From an uncultured Eubacteriales bacterium (lineage in GTDB: Bacteria > Bacillota > Clostridia > Christensenellales > QALW01), in contig URIR01000002.1 of the NCBI GenBank assembly GCA_900547955.1, forward strand, positions 26,943 through 90,942: 64,000 bases of DNA, in the 5' to 3' direction. Made by a program: the position numbers and the translations under genes. Below the pieces are notes generated by a model. It saw only the letters and a program-made list of their open reading frames with translations, had not been told where the DNA came from and ran no database searches. Positions 1 through 10,503 of this stretch are shown here, in pieces. The stretch's first letter is position 1. Every line of letters begins with the position of its first letter.

Positions 1-141
1 CCAATCCCCGTCTCTGGTTATATAAATAGGGATAATATTATATTTCCCCCTATCCAGATTTTCCATCATTTGCAAAGCAGTCACCACCGAAACGTCGTGC
101 TCTGAGGATTTCCCCCCAAAAAATACCGCGATATTCAGCAT
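1..141 (-). CDS. ddl: D-alanine--D-alanine ligase, N-terminal fragment (gene runs off the window start)
   Basis: Not in the ORF track because it is shorter than 60 aa. Manual minus-strand translation from the ATG at 139-141 gives MLNIAVFFGGKSSEHDVSVVTALQMMENLDRGKYNIIPIYITRDGDW, a typical Ddl N-terminus. An AAGGAAG RBS lies upstream, and the gene sits just downstream of the murF-like gene. Confidence 0.8.
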   Translation of the reverse strand, partial: MLNIAVFFGGKSSEHDVSVVTALQMMENLDRGKYNIIPIYITRDGDW

Positions 142-155
142 AAAATTACTTCCTT

Positions 156-1706
156 TCAAGCATAATTATCAGGCAAATCATTTTCAAACAGCACAGTATC
201 TCCCGCAGCGCCTATTCTGCCTAAAAGCTCAGCCGCCTCTTTAAGAGAAGCCGCCTCGTATATCGCCTTAGCGTCAAAGCCGCTCGCCAAGAGTCCTCTT
301 TTTATCTCCCCCGTCCTTTCAGGAAGAACTAATATAGCTATATCTGCGCTGGCAGCTATCTGAACGCCCAATTTATAATGATATTCCTCCTGTCCTGCTC
401 CCAGCTCAACAAAACCGGGCGTAACAATTATCCTTCTTCCATTCTTAAAACCAGAAAGCACCTCCAGCGCAGCCTTTGCGCCGTTAGGACTGGAATTAAA
501 GGCATCGTCTATAACAGTCATTGGGCTGGTTGAAACAATTTGCAGCCGGTGTTCAACCGGCTCTAAGGCCTGTATCCCACGCGCTATCTGTTCTATATTA
601 AGGTTCAATTTATAAGCGCAGGCGGCCGCGGAGAGTATGTTTTGAATATTATGCCTGCCTAATAATTTAGTATGACACAGGGCCTGACTGCCGTCCAGCA
701 GCAGCGTAAAGGAGCTTCCCTGCGGTCCCACCGTGATATCCTCAGCGCTGGCCAAACAGCTTTTATCAAATCCAAAATAATATTTTTCGCACCTTGCGCG
801 CTCGTACATCTGCTCTGTAAATTCATTGCCCCAAGGAAAAAACGCTGTTCCTCCGTTCTTTAAGCCCTCAATAAGCTCAAACTTACTGTCCCTAAGCCTT
901 TCCATGCTGCCAAATGTCTCCAGATGCTGCGGACCTATAGAAGTAATTATTGCGCAGTCAGGATGCACAAACCTGCAAATATCCTTTATATCTCCCTTAT
1001 GCCGGGCGCCCATTTCACATATGAAAATCTGGTCGTCCGACCGAAGCCGCTCTCTTATTACCCTTACAACTCCCATAGTTGTATTATAGCTTGAAGGAGG
1101 AGTTAGCACGCTGTATTTTTGTTTTAATATTTCCGAAAGAATAAACTTTACGCTGGTCTTGCCATAGCTTCCCGTAATCCCGACTATTTTCAAATCTGGT
1201 CTTTCCTTTAACCGTCTGGAAGCGCTGTAAATATATCCTTCCCGTATCGCCCATTCCGCAGGCTTAGATGCCAGAGCCGAAAGAAATACCAAAACAGTAT
1301 TAAAGGCAGGGAGCAAATATATAGGATAATAAAATTCCCGCCAAACGCAGAGCGCACATATTCCAAGGCATATAATTACATAAACAACCAGCATGCGTTT
1401 AATACGGGCAGTATATTTAAGCGGCTTTATCTCCGTCCGCTTTTTGAGCGCAAAGGGCAGAAGCAAAATAACGCACGCCGGCAGAACAAATATGCCCGCG
1501 TCGGGGAAAAAGCCATACGCCACGCAGGCCAGTACGCATATGACTGCCGCTGGAAGCAGGCCCTTAGCCATATGCCGCACATACTGCCTCAAAAAATAGC
1601 TTTCAAGCTGAAGCATATGTATGCCTCTGCGCGCCAGCAGCAGAGTAACGGCGCAGATAAGCAAAGAGCCGGCAAGGTAAAACCACCTATAGAATAAATC
1701 GCTCAT
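156..1706 (-). CDS. murF: Mur ligase family protein, MurF-like (UDP-MurNAc-peptide D-Ala-D-Ala adding enzyme-like) with an N-terminal multi-pass membrane region
   Basis: Carries the P-loop GITGSYGKTSVK and the MurF-like motif DDAFNSSPNGAKAALEVL. It is adjacent to ddl. The first ~150 aa are hydrophobic, with about 4-5 predicted TM helices, in place of the usual MurF N-domain. Confidence 0.6.
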   Translation of the reverse strand: MSDLFYRWFYLAGSLLICAVTLLLARRGIHMLQLESYFLRQYVRHMAKGLLPAAVICVLACVAYGFFPDAGIFVLPACVILLLPFALKKRTEIKPLKYTARIKRMLVVYVIICLGICALCVWREFYYPIYLLPAFNTVLVFLSALASKPAEWAIREGYIYSASRRLKERPDLKIVGITGSYGKTSVKFILSEILKQKYSVLTPPSSYNTTMGVVRVIRERLRSDDQIFICEMGARHKGDIKDICRFVHPDCAIITSIGPQHLETFGSMERLRDSKFELIEGLKNGGTAFFPWGNEFTEQMYERARCEKYYFGFDKSCLASAEDITVGPQGSSFTLLLDGSQALCHTKLLGRHNIQNILSAAACAYKLNLNIEQIARGIQALEPVEHRLQIVSTSPMTVIDDAFNSSPNGAKAALEVLSGFKNGRRIIVTPGFVELGAGQEEYHYKLGVQIAASADIAILVLPERTGEIKRGLLASGFDAKAIYEAASLKEAAELLGRIGAAGDTVLFENDLPDNYA

Positions 1707-1717
1707 AAATTCAATCC

Positions 1718-2467
1718 TTATTTCAAAAATGATTCAAGCACGCGTTGGGTCTGCCCCAGGCGCTCCAAAAACGCATAATGCCCTGCGCCCGAATACATAA
1801 CCAGGCCGCAGTCGGGAACGTTTTGCTTTATTATTTCCGCCATATAAGGAGGCGTTTGATCGTCCTTATCTCCCCATATCAGCAGCACAGGCGCCTTTAT
1901 ATCCCTAAGCAGATATTTAAGGTCCTCGTTTACTATTCTGGAAAATGTAGCCCGCATAACGTCTGAAAGCTTACGATAATCCTCCGAGCCCTTGTTCTTT
2001 TTAAAGCGTTCACGGCTTGCCTGAGTAAAAACGGGCAGGCGCATGATATTCTTTATCAATTTGTACCAATACACCTTCAGATAATATTTAAAGGTGCGTT
2101 TAGGCCGGATACCGGCGCTTGCGCAAAGGACTAATTTTTCAAAGCACTCGGCATAATCTCTGGACATAGCCAGAATTGTGCGCCCTCCGTTTGAATGCCC
2201 GATAAACGAAGCCCTTTTTATGCCCGCCTCATCCATAACGCATTTCACAGCGCCGGCAAAGTCATATATATCCATAGGCTCTGCGGGCTCGTCAGATTTT
2301 CCATGGCCCGGCAAATCTATAAGAGTCACCCGGCAAAAGCCCGCTAAAAATTCCGCAAGAGGCATTAAAAGAGAGCTGTCATAGCCCCAGCCATGCAGCA
2401 ATATAACGTCCTTTCCGCAGCCCAATTGTTCAAAATATATTCCGCAGCCCCTATATTCAGCCCGCAT
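1718..2467 (-). CDS. alpha/beta-fold hydrolase
   Basis: Has the HGWG oxyanion motif and a GHSNGG nucleophile elbow. The ATG at 2467 is preferred over the ORF-track start at 2512 because GGAGG lies 6 nt upstream, and this start removes most of the overlap with rimI. Confidence 0.75.
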   Translation of the reverse strand: MRAEYRGCGIYFEQLGCGKDVILLHGWGYDSSLLMPLAEFLAGFCRVTLIDLPGHGKSDEPAEPMDIYDFAGAVKCVMDEAGIKRASFIGHSNGGRTILAMSRDYAECFEKLVLCASAGIRPKRTFKYYLKVYWYKLIKNIMRLPVFTQASRERFKKNKGSEDYRKLSDVMRATFSRIVNEDLKYLLRDIKAPVLLIWGDKDDQTPPYMAEIIKQNVPDCGLVMYSGAGHYAFLERLGQTQRVLESFLK

Positions 2468-2912
2468 GCGTGACCTCCATCCACATAATAAGCGCATCCT
2501 CTCCGTTTTCATAATATTTAGGACGCGCCCCCTGCGTTACAAAGCCGTATTGCTCATACAGCCTTATAGCAGCGGCATTGCTTTTACGCACTTCCAGAGT
2601 CATACGCTCTATCCCCAGCATCCCGGCGCGCTTTATCATTCGGGCCAGGAGCGCCCTGCCCACTCCGCGGCGCCGGCAGTCCGCCCGGACGGCAATATTA
2701 GTTATATGCCCCTCGTCCAGAATCTTCCAAAAGCCCCCGTAGCCGGCGACATGCCCCTCCTGAAGCGCTATAACATAATAAGCGGCGGTATTCTCCAGCT
2801 CGCCCTCAAAGGATTTTTCGCTCCACGGAGATAAAAAAGCTTCTCTTTCAATCATGCATATTTCGGGAATATATTCGGCTTTTAAATGGTCAAAGCTTAT
2901 TTCGGCTTTCAT
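2457..2912 (-). CDS. rimI: ribosomal-protein-alanine N-acetyltransferase
   Basis: GNAT fold with the acetyl-CoA motif RRRGVGRALL. It sits in the conserved tsaE-tsaB-rimI order. Confidence 0.8.
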   Translation of the reverse strand: MKAEISFDHLKAEYIPEICMIEREAFLSPWSEKSFEGELENTAAYYVIALQEGHVAGYGGFWKILDEGHITNIAVRADCRRRGVGRALLARMIKRAGMLGIERMTLEVRKSNAAAIRLYEQYGFVTQGARPKYYENGEDALIMWMEVTHAG

Positions 2913-3585
2913 ATTCTCGCTCCGCCTGAGGCTTTCTTAGATAAAATGCGTCCAATTCAAAGCAGCTTATCAATTCCCCGCGTTCAGCCGCTTCAAAGGC
3001 CAGCTGCGCCGCGGAAGCCGCGCGCTGATACGCCGTTTCAGGATTGGCCAGCCTTATATCCTTCATAAGTCTGCTTAGAGACTCCATATGCATTAACGCG
3101 CCGTCCCCGGTAAATATAACCGTTCGGCCCATCCTCGCTTTATTCAATTCGCATGCCAGCTCTTCTACAGGCAGCGCACACGGCATAATAATCGGAGAGT
3201 TATCCGCATATGCGGCCGCATACACCTGGCCCCGCCGCGCGTCCAGCAAAGAGCATACTACGCTTTGCGGAGAAAATACGCTTCGAGCCGCCGTCTCCAG
3301 CGTATTAACAGCCGCACACGGCTTATTCTCAGCCTGCGCAAGCCCTTTTATTGTACTTACCGCTATACGCACCCCTGTAAACGAACCCGGCCCGGTACAG
3401 CAGGCAAACACGTCTATGCCTGACGGCTCAAGCGAACAATTAAAAAGAGCCTGTTCTATTATGGGCATAAGCATTTCTGAATGCACAAGTCCGTTATTAA
3501 TGCAAATATCGCTTATAATCCTGCCGTCTTTCCATACCGCCGCCGAACAATAGCCGCTGGAGGTATCCGCCGCCAATATAATCAT
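2890..3585 (-). CDS. tsaB: tRNA t6A37 threonylcarbamoyl-transfer complex dimerization subunit TsaB
   Basis: N-terminus MIILAADTSSGYCSAAV (ASKHA/YeaZ type), 231 aa, located between tsaE and rimI. Confidence 0.85.
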   Translation of the reverse strand: MIILAADTSSGYCSAAVWKDGRIISDICINNGLVHSEMLMPIIEQALFNCSLEPSGIDVFACCTGPGSFTGVRIAVSTIKGLAQAENKPCAAVNTLETAARSVFSPQSVVCSLLDARRGQVYAAAYADNSPIIMPCALPVEELACELNKARMGRTVIFTGDGALMHMESLSRLMKDIRLANPETAYQRAASAAQLAFEAAERGELISCFELDAFYLRKPQAEREYESRNKL

Positions 3586-3603
3586 ATCCTCACGCCGTTT
3601 ATA

Positions 3604-4035
3604 TTATACGGCTCCTCCTTTTATTGAGCTTATATCTATCAAACGCGCCCCGTCCTCTTTTTCTATGCGCACCCTTAAAGCGTCCTTAGGCAGCTCCTCC
3701 GGGCCGAGCCGCTCGCACCACTCCACCGCGCATACGCATTCTGAATCGTAAAAATATTCGTCAAAGCCCAAGGAATATATCTCTTCTCCACGAATACGAT
3801 AAAGGTCGAAATGATACAGGGGCAGCCTTCCGCCCAAATATTCATGCATCAGCGCAAAAGTAGGGCTGCTTACGTCCGCGTCTGAACCCAGCCCCTTAGC
3901 CAGTCCGCGCACAAAAGCCGTTTTTCCAGCGCCTAAGTCTCCGTAAAGCGCGATAAAAGCTCCTTTTTTCAATTCCCGTCCCAGCTTTTCGCCGGCAGAA
4001 ACGGTATCCGCCTCTGTTAACGCCCTGAAAAACAT
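3604..4035 (-). CDS. tsaE: tRNA t6A37 threonylcarbamoyl-transfer complex ATPase TsaE
   Basis: Walker A motif GDLGAGKT and the conserved HFDLYR motif. The ATG at 4035 has a GAGG RBS 7 nt upstream. The ORF-track start at 4050 is a GTG lying inside that RBS. Confidence 0.85.
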   Translation of the reverse strand: MFFRALTEADTVSAGEKLGRELKKGAFIALYGDLGAGKTAFVRGLAKGLGSDADVSSPTFALMHEYLGGRLPLYHFDLYRIRGEEIYSLGFDEYFYDSECVCAVEWCERLGPEELPKDALRVRIEKEDGARLIDISSIKGGAV

Positions 4036-4194
4036 AAAATTACCTCGCACGCATTATTTTATATTTTACTACACTTTAGCCCTTAGCGCAAGCCGACTGT
4101 AGAGTATTGCAGAATAATTATTTTAGCCGGCGCCGCAGGCGCACCATGCTTTTACATAAAACAAGCAAAAAGCTTCACCGCCGTATGAAAAACA

Positions 4195-4227
4195 GCGCAA
4201 AAAAGAGCGCGCTTTTAAGCGCGCTCT
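4195..4227 (-). terminator. rho-independent terminator downstream of the esterase gene
   Basis: An 11-bp GC-rich hairpin (AGAGCGCGCTT / AAGCGCGCTCT) is followed on the minus strand by TTTTTTG. Confidence 0.7.
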
Positions 4228-4251
4228 AATAAATTACACCGTGCAGGGCTT

Positions 4252-6339
4252 TTAACCCAGCTCTACATAACTGGAGCAGGTAACGTATTTACCGCCGTTG
4301 ATATTCGTGGTTATTTCAACGTAATAGCTGTACGCCTCCTCCGGAACACTACCCGTTATAGTATTTCCTGAAATTGTACAGGGAACGGTTTTCCAGGTCT
4401 GGTCCATGGTAGTCGTACTGTTGCCCGGCTTCTGGCTATAAGTCATTTTTTCAGTAATATAATATATTTTAGCAGTAACACCCGACGCGCCGGAGGGCGT
4501 ATTTATCTCTATGGAAACGTCCCGCCCGGCCGGCTCGTTTTTAAGCTGAGTAAGCCCGCCGCCGCCTTTTACAATCCAGTCCGCATAATAATAGCTTATA
4601 GCCTGCACCCAGCCGCTGCTATGGCTGTGATTCATATTATTTATCATAGCCAGCACAGTTTTATCCGTATGCTTTGTATCCAAATAGGATTTACTGTTGG
4701 AATTTATAGAGAAACAGTTATCGCTGTTCCAGCCCATCCAAAGCACGGGGAAATCTATATTATTAAATCTCTCCTGAGCGGACCAAACCGCCATGCTGGC
4801 CTCAGTATTAAAATTGGGGCCCATAAAGGAAAGCGCCTCTTCCAGATAACCGCTGCCGTAAATGGGAATCGCAAAAGCGTAACGGCTGTCATAGCCGATA
4901 GCCAAAGAGGTTATAACTCCGCCCCAGGAAATTCCCGTCACGCCTATTTTTGAGGAATCCACCTTTTCGTCCGCACGCAGAATATTGTGCGCCAAAATAG
5001 TCTGAGCTACTGCATGATACATCCACTGCCGCTCAGCCTGGCTGCCCGCATCCTTCATCCCGCTGTTATTTGGAGCGTTTGTATAACCCTCCTCGTCAAA
5101 ATCTCCTGAAAGTCCATAGGTCCAGTAATTCGCCGGATCTGCTTCCCTGCCGGCAAGGCCCTTGCCCGCCTCTGACGGGAAATAGCCGGTATTATCCATA
5201 GCTATTGCAACATAGCCTCTGTCCGTCCATCGCTTTACCCATTCGGCATAGGCATGGCCCCCGCCTCCATGCAAAAGCACTATAGCCGGCGCTTTATTGG
5301 AGCTGCTCGCGCCCTCCGGATAGCCTATATACGCAAAGACCTTAGTTTTCTGGCCCCCTATTTCCACCCCGTCATAGGTAAGCGCTTTTATGTTAGACCA
5401 AGCATTAGCGCCCGAAGCGCTGCTTTTGGGGTCGTATTCAGGCATATAGGTTACGTTGGGAACAATTTCAAGCATAGCCGAAAGGCCTTCCTCCACCTCT
5501 TTTTTCACTTCTTCAAGCGTGAGCACCTCAGGACCGTTATATTCTCTTTGAACCCCGCTGGCCGAATCAGTAAGACATATATCATCCAAAACATAATATT
5601 CCATTCCTGAAGGAGCGGCTGGACGCATATCAAAATTAAAGCTTTCAGCCTTTGAAATATCATCTATAACCGGATTAGACCAATAGGGCAGCATTTCCTC
5701 CGCTACAGGAAAAGCCACCCATCCAGAAAAGCCTGAGGGAAGCTGAACATGGTCCTGCGCTCCCGTGCCGGCCGAATCGTCTGTCGCCGTTTTTAAAACC
5801 TCTCCGTCGCAGCGGGTAACTATAGCTTTTCCGGCGTTCATTGAGCCTTGTTTTCCATCGCCCGTAAGTATCATGCCAATGCTAAGAGCACCCTCGCCCT
5901 GATTGGATACCCATATGCGAACGTATGCGTATTCATTTGCCTGAGCAAATTCTTCAGGCATAGCGGCAGAGAAATTCTGGCACCAGCAGCCTCCGTTATA
6001 ATCCAGAAGCACCTGAAAGCCCTTGCCCGTATCAGTATTTTTATCCGATATGGCCGTCTCTGAAAGGGGTATATTAAAATTGCTCAGGTCCTGCTGAGCA
6101 AATACATCCGCCTCAGCATTTTCAAAATCAAACAGCATAAGGTCGTCCTCCGATGGTAAAATTGGGCCGGCCGTCTCGGTAGCCTGCGCTTCAGCTGTAG
6201 AAGACGCGGAACTATTTCCCGAAGCGGAAGCGCTGGCCGAGGGCTTAGAAGCGTCCTTGGCGCAGCCCGCGGCAATGGCCATAAGCATGCAAACGCATAA
6301 AATGACCACAAGAACCTTTTTCATTGCACACTCCTCCAA
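4252..6339 (-). CDS. secreted lipoprotein, alpha/beta-hydrolase (carbohydrate-esterase-like) with an N-terminal CBM-like beta-sandwich region
   Basis: The signal peptide has a lipobox (LMAIAAGC) followed by a Ser/Ala-rich linker. The C-terminal half has LLHGGGGHAYAEW and a GISWGG nucleophile elbow. The exact esterase family cannot be assigned by eye. Confidence 0.6.
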   Translation of the reverse strand: MEECAMKKVLVVILCVCMLMAIAAGCAKDASKPSASASASGNSSASSTAEAQATETAGPILPSEDDLMLFDFENAEADVFAQQDLSNFNIPLSETAISDKNTDTGKGFQVLLDYNGGCWCQNFSAAMPEEFAQANEYAYVRIWVSNQGEGALSIGMILTGDGKQGSMNAGKAIVTRCDGEVLKTATDDSAGTGAQDHVQLPSGFSGWVAFPVAEEMLPYWSNPVIDDISKAESFNFDMRPAAPSGMEYYVLDDICLTDSASGVQREYNGPEVLTLEEVKKEVEEGLSAMLEIVPNVTYMPEYDPKSSASGANAWSNIKALTYDGVEIGGQKTKVFAYIGYPEGASSSNKAPAIVLLHGGGGHAYAEWVKRWTDRGYVAIAMDNTGYFPSEAGKGLAGREADPANYWTYGLSGDFDEEGYTNAPNNSGMKDAGSQAERQWMYHAVAQTILAHNILRADEKVDSSKIGVTGISWGGVITSLAIGYDSRYAFAIPIYGSGYLEEALSFMGPNFNTEASMAVWSAQERFNNIDFPVLWMGWNSDNCFSINSNSKSYLDTKHTDKTVLAMINNMNHSHSSGWVQAISYYYADWIVKGGGGLTQLKNEPAGRDVSIEINTPSGASGVTAKIYYITEKMTYSQKPGNSTTTMDQTWKTVPCTISGNTITGSVPEEAYSYYVEITTNINGGKYVTCSSYVELG

Positions 6340-6634
6340 ATCATAATAATATATTTATTAAATCACACACTAGCTTCAAAAAGAATAGACATAACTAACA
6401 ATTTATAGCACGCAATTAACTATAAACTATAACTATAAATTAATATTCCGCATTTAAAAAAGCAGCCTGCCGGAGGCGGCATATAAGCGTTATTAATACA
6501 TAGGGCGGTAATTATTCTGCACTTACGAATTTTGCATAACAAAAAATAAATTTTTATCATTTTCCATCTCGACAAGCGCATAATAAAAATGCTATTATAT
6601 AATAAAAGAATTTATAAGAAACGGAGGCGCTGAT

Positions 6635-7258
6635 ATGAATAAAATTATAACCATTGCGCGGCAATTCGGCAGCGGAGGAAGGCTTATAGGCCGGGAGCTG
6701 GCTCAAAAGCTGAATATACCCTTTTTAGACAACGAGCTGATTACCCTGGCGGCAAAGGAAAGCGGCATGAGTCCCGAAGTGCTCAAAGGAGCGGACGAAA
6801 GAGTAACCAACAGTCTGCTTTACGGTCTGGCTATGGGCTATTTCCCGCCCGGCTACGGCTTCAGCACTCCCGAGCCCGGCGGACTGACTATTACCGACAA
6901 TCTATTTATGATACAGGCGGGTATAATAGCTAAAAAAGCTAAAGAAGGTCCGTGCGTAATAGTGGGAAGGTGCGCCGATTATGTCCTAAAAGAGGACAGC
7001 AACCGCGTTAGCATATTTATTTACGCCGATTTAAATGCAAGAGCAAAACGAGCTGTAGATATTTATGGTCTTAAACCGGATAAAATAGAGGATGAAATAA
7101 GAAAGCGGGATAAAAAAAGAGGCAACTATTACAACTACTACACAAACAGAAGATGGGATGACTTTCATAATTATCATTTGCTGCTGGACAGCTCTAAACT
7201 CGGAATAGAACAATCAGCCGACTTGATAATAAAGTACCTTGAGCTTTTGGAACAATAA
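6635..7258 (+). CDS. cytidylate kinase-like family protein (P-loop NTPase)
   Basis: N-terminus IITIARQFGSGGRLIGRELAQKLNIPFLD, typical of the AAA/cytidylate-kinase-like family. A GGAGG RBS is present. Confidence 0.7.
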   Translation: MNKIITIARQFGSGGRLIGRELAQKLNIPFLDNELITLAAKESGMSPEVLKGADERVTNSLLYGLAMGYFPPGYGFSTPEPGGLTITDNLFMIQAGIIAKKAKEGPCVIVGRCADYVLKEDSNRVSIFIYADLNARAKRAVDIYGLKPDKIEDEIRKRDKKRGNYYNYYTNRRWDDFHNYHLLLDSSKLGIEQSADLIIKYLELLEQ

Positions 7259-7464
7259 CTTAGACAATGCAATATAGCGCAATGCGTTTTTGCCCAATGC
7301 CTGACGCATCCAGCTTGCCGCGCGGACTATAAAATACGCCCTCAATATATTTGCCCGCCTTTTACGGCCGTCAAGGGGCATTTTGAGCAAAAATCTACGA
7401 ACGCAGCGCACACTTTCAAAGCTCCGGCTGGCAGCAACGAAATAAGCAAACCTCCTAAATAAAC

Positions 7465-7503
7465 GCAGGCGCGCCCAATTAAAAAGGGCGCGCCCGCTTT
7501 TAC
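7465..7503. terminator. bidirectional intrinsic terminator between convergent genes
   Basis: A 12-bp GC hairpin (GCAGGCGCGCCC ... GGGCGCGCCCGC) is flanked by A-rich and T-rich tracts. It lies immediately downstream of upp on the minus strand. Confidence 0.65.
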
Positions 7504-7509
7504 TCAATA

Positions 7510-8621
<1,112 letters not shown>

Positions 8622-8795
8622 ATTCAAGCGCCTCCTAAACAATATTTTATTTAGTATAGCAAATAACGAAGGTTTTTGCAATATTAATTTTGCCCGATTT
8701 ATTTAGGCAAAGAAAGCCGGCCAAGTTAATGATTTGTTCACATATATATGATATAATTTATTAGAGATATATACAAGAAAGGGGAACACGGAAAT

Positions 8796-10172
8796 ATGAA
8801 TCAAAAAACATCGGCCGACTACTCCACCATAACCCCTAAAATCAGAGAGCTTGCCCAGATAAGTATGGACAACAGCAATATAGATAAGGAGCTGTACGTC
8901 AAGCATCATGTTTACCGCGGGCTCCGCGACTTGGATGGAAACGGAGTACTCACGGGACTTACCGAAATATCGGATATTGTTTCAAGCAAAATACAGGATG
9001 GGCAAAAGGTCTCCTGCGAGGGGGAATTATATTACCGCGGCATAAGCATTCAGGATATAGTGAAGGGGTTTATTGCCGAAAAGAGATACGGTTTTGAAGA
9101 GGTTACTTATCTTCTGCTGTTCGGCAATCTTCCTACGCGCGACCAGCTCCAGGAATTCAGCGAGCTGCTCGCATATTACCGCACCCTGCCGACAGGCTTT
9201 GTCCGTGATATTATAATGAAGGCGCCCAGCAAGGATATGATGAATACCCTGGCGCGCTGCGTACTTACAATGTATTCCTACGACGCCAACGCGGACGATA
9301 TAAGCATCCCCAACGTGCTTAGGCAGTGCCTTCAGCTTATAGCGCTTTTCCCGCTTTTTTCAGTTTACGGATATCAAGCATACAGCCACTATCACGACGG
9401 AAAAAGCCTGTTCATTCATCCGCCTGTACCCGAATTGTCTACGGCGGAGAATATTCTCTATACCTTAAGAGCAGACAGCTCGTATACTGAGCTGGAAGCC
9501 AAAATTTTGGATGTAGCGCTGGTACTGCATGCTGAACACGGCGGAGGCAACAACTCCACCTTCACCACCCACGTCGTATCCTCCTCAGGCACCGATACAT
9601 ATTCCACCATAGCCGCCTCCCTGGGCTCCCTCAAAGGCCCTAAGCATGGAGGCGCCAATATAAAGGTAGTACAAATGATAGAAGATATGAAAGCCTCCGT
9701 ATCCGACTGGGAAGATGAAGAGGAAATAAAAGCCTACCTCAAGGCATTATTAAATAAGCAGGCGTTTGACCGCAGCGGCCTGATATACGGCATGGGCCAC
9801 GCCGTTTACTCTCTTTCCGACCCAAGAGCAGATATTTTTAAAAGCTTTGTTAAAAGCCTATCTGAAGAAAAGGGCCTGTCCAAAGAATTTGCCCTCTATT
9901 CGCTGGTAGAGCGTTTAGCGCCCGAAGTAATATCCAAGGAGCGCAAAATCTACAAAGGAGTCAGCGCCAATATCGATTTTTACAGCGGCTTTGTTTACAG
10001 CATGCTTAATCTTCCTCTGGAGCTGTATACGCCTATATTTGCAGTTTCACGCATTGCCGGATGGAGTGCGCACCGCATTGAAGAGCTGGTGAACGCCGGA
10101 AAAATTATACGCCCCTCTTATATGAACGTTATGCCAAGGCGAGACTATATCCGTTTGGACGAAAGAAAATAA
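8796..10172 (+). CDS. citrate synthase (Si-type citrate/2-methylcitrate synthase family)
   Basis: 458 aa with LHAEHGGGNNSTF, GPKHGGAN and GMGHAVY motifs, plus DFYSG. Confidence 0.9.
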   Translation: MNQKTSADYSTITPKIRELAQISMDNSNIDKELYVKHHVYRGLRDLDGNGVLTGLTEISDIVSSKIQDGQKVSCEGELYYRGISIQDIVKGFIAEKRYGFEEVTYLLLFGNLPTRDQLQEFSELLAYYRTLPTGFVRDIIMKAPSKDMMNTLARCVLTMYSYDANADDISIPNVLRQCLQLIALFPLFSVYGYQAYSHYHDGKSLFIHPPVPELSTAENILYTLRADSSYTELEAKILDVALVLHAEHGGGNNSTFTTHVVSSSGTDTYSTIAASLGSLKGPKHGGANIKVVQMIEDMKASVSDWEDEEEIKAYLKALLNKQAFDRSGLIYGMGHAVYSLSDPRADIFKSFVKSLSEEKGLSKEFALYSLVERLAPEVISKERKIYKGVSANIDFYSGFVYSMLNLPLELYTPIFAVSRIAGWSAHRIEELVNAGKIIRPSYMNVMPRRDYIRLDERK

Positions 10173-10190
10173 TAGTTTTAATTACGCCTC

Positions 10191-10372
10191 GGCAGGCGCT
10201 CAGACGCATTCAAGGCGGGGCGGCGCGAAGCCCGGCTTCGCCGGGCCAAGCCTGGGATATGCATATGGGAAAGCAAGCTTTCCCATATGCATATCCCAGG
10301 CTGAATTTTTGCTTCCATTATGGAAGCAAAAATTTCGCGCCGCCCCGCCTTGAATGCGTCTGAGCGCCTGCC
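10191..10372. repeat. GC-rich nested-palindrome element, copy A (39-bp perfect outer stem enclosing three hairpins)
   Basis: 10191-10229 is the exact reverse complement of 10334-10372. The interior holds three hairpins:
- GCCCGGC-TTC-GCCGGGC (10230-10246).
- A 25-bp perfect hairpin (10250-10301).
- AATTTTTGCTTCCA / TGGAAGCAAAAATT (10304-10334). Confidence 0.9.
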
Positions 10373-10503
10373 TGCCATTTGCTATAAAGCATCCGGCAGC
10401 TCCAAAATATATAAAAACAATTATCCCGTTACCTTTTCTTTTGGTCATACTTTGCCCCCTCAAATTATATATTTAAGTAAAAGACCAATAAGAGGGTGAT
10501 TGT

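Noticed and set aside
10200-10448. A small ORF with a strong RBS (GAGGGGG, then 6 nt, then the ATG at 10448) encoding MTKRKGNGIIVFIYFGAAGCFIANG..., which then reads through repeat copy A.
   Set aside because: Only the first ~25 codons, a possible single TM helix, lie outside the palindromic repeat. The remaining ~55 codons are repeat-encoded and therefore palindromic by construction. This may be a tiny membrane-peptide gene whose 3' end was overwritten by the repeat, but that cannot be supported from sequence alone.
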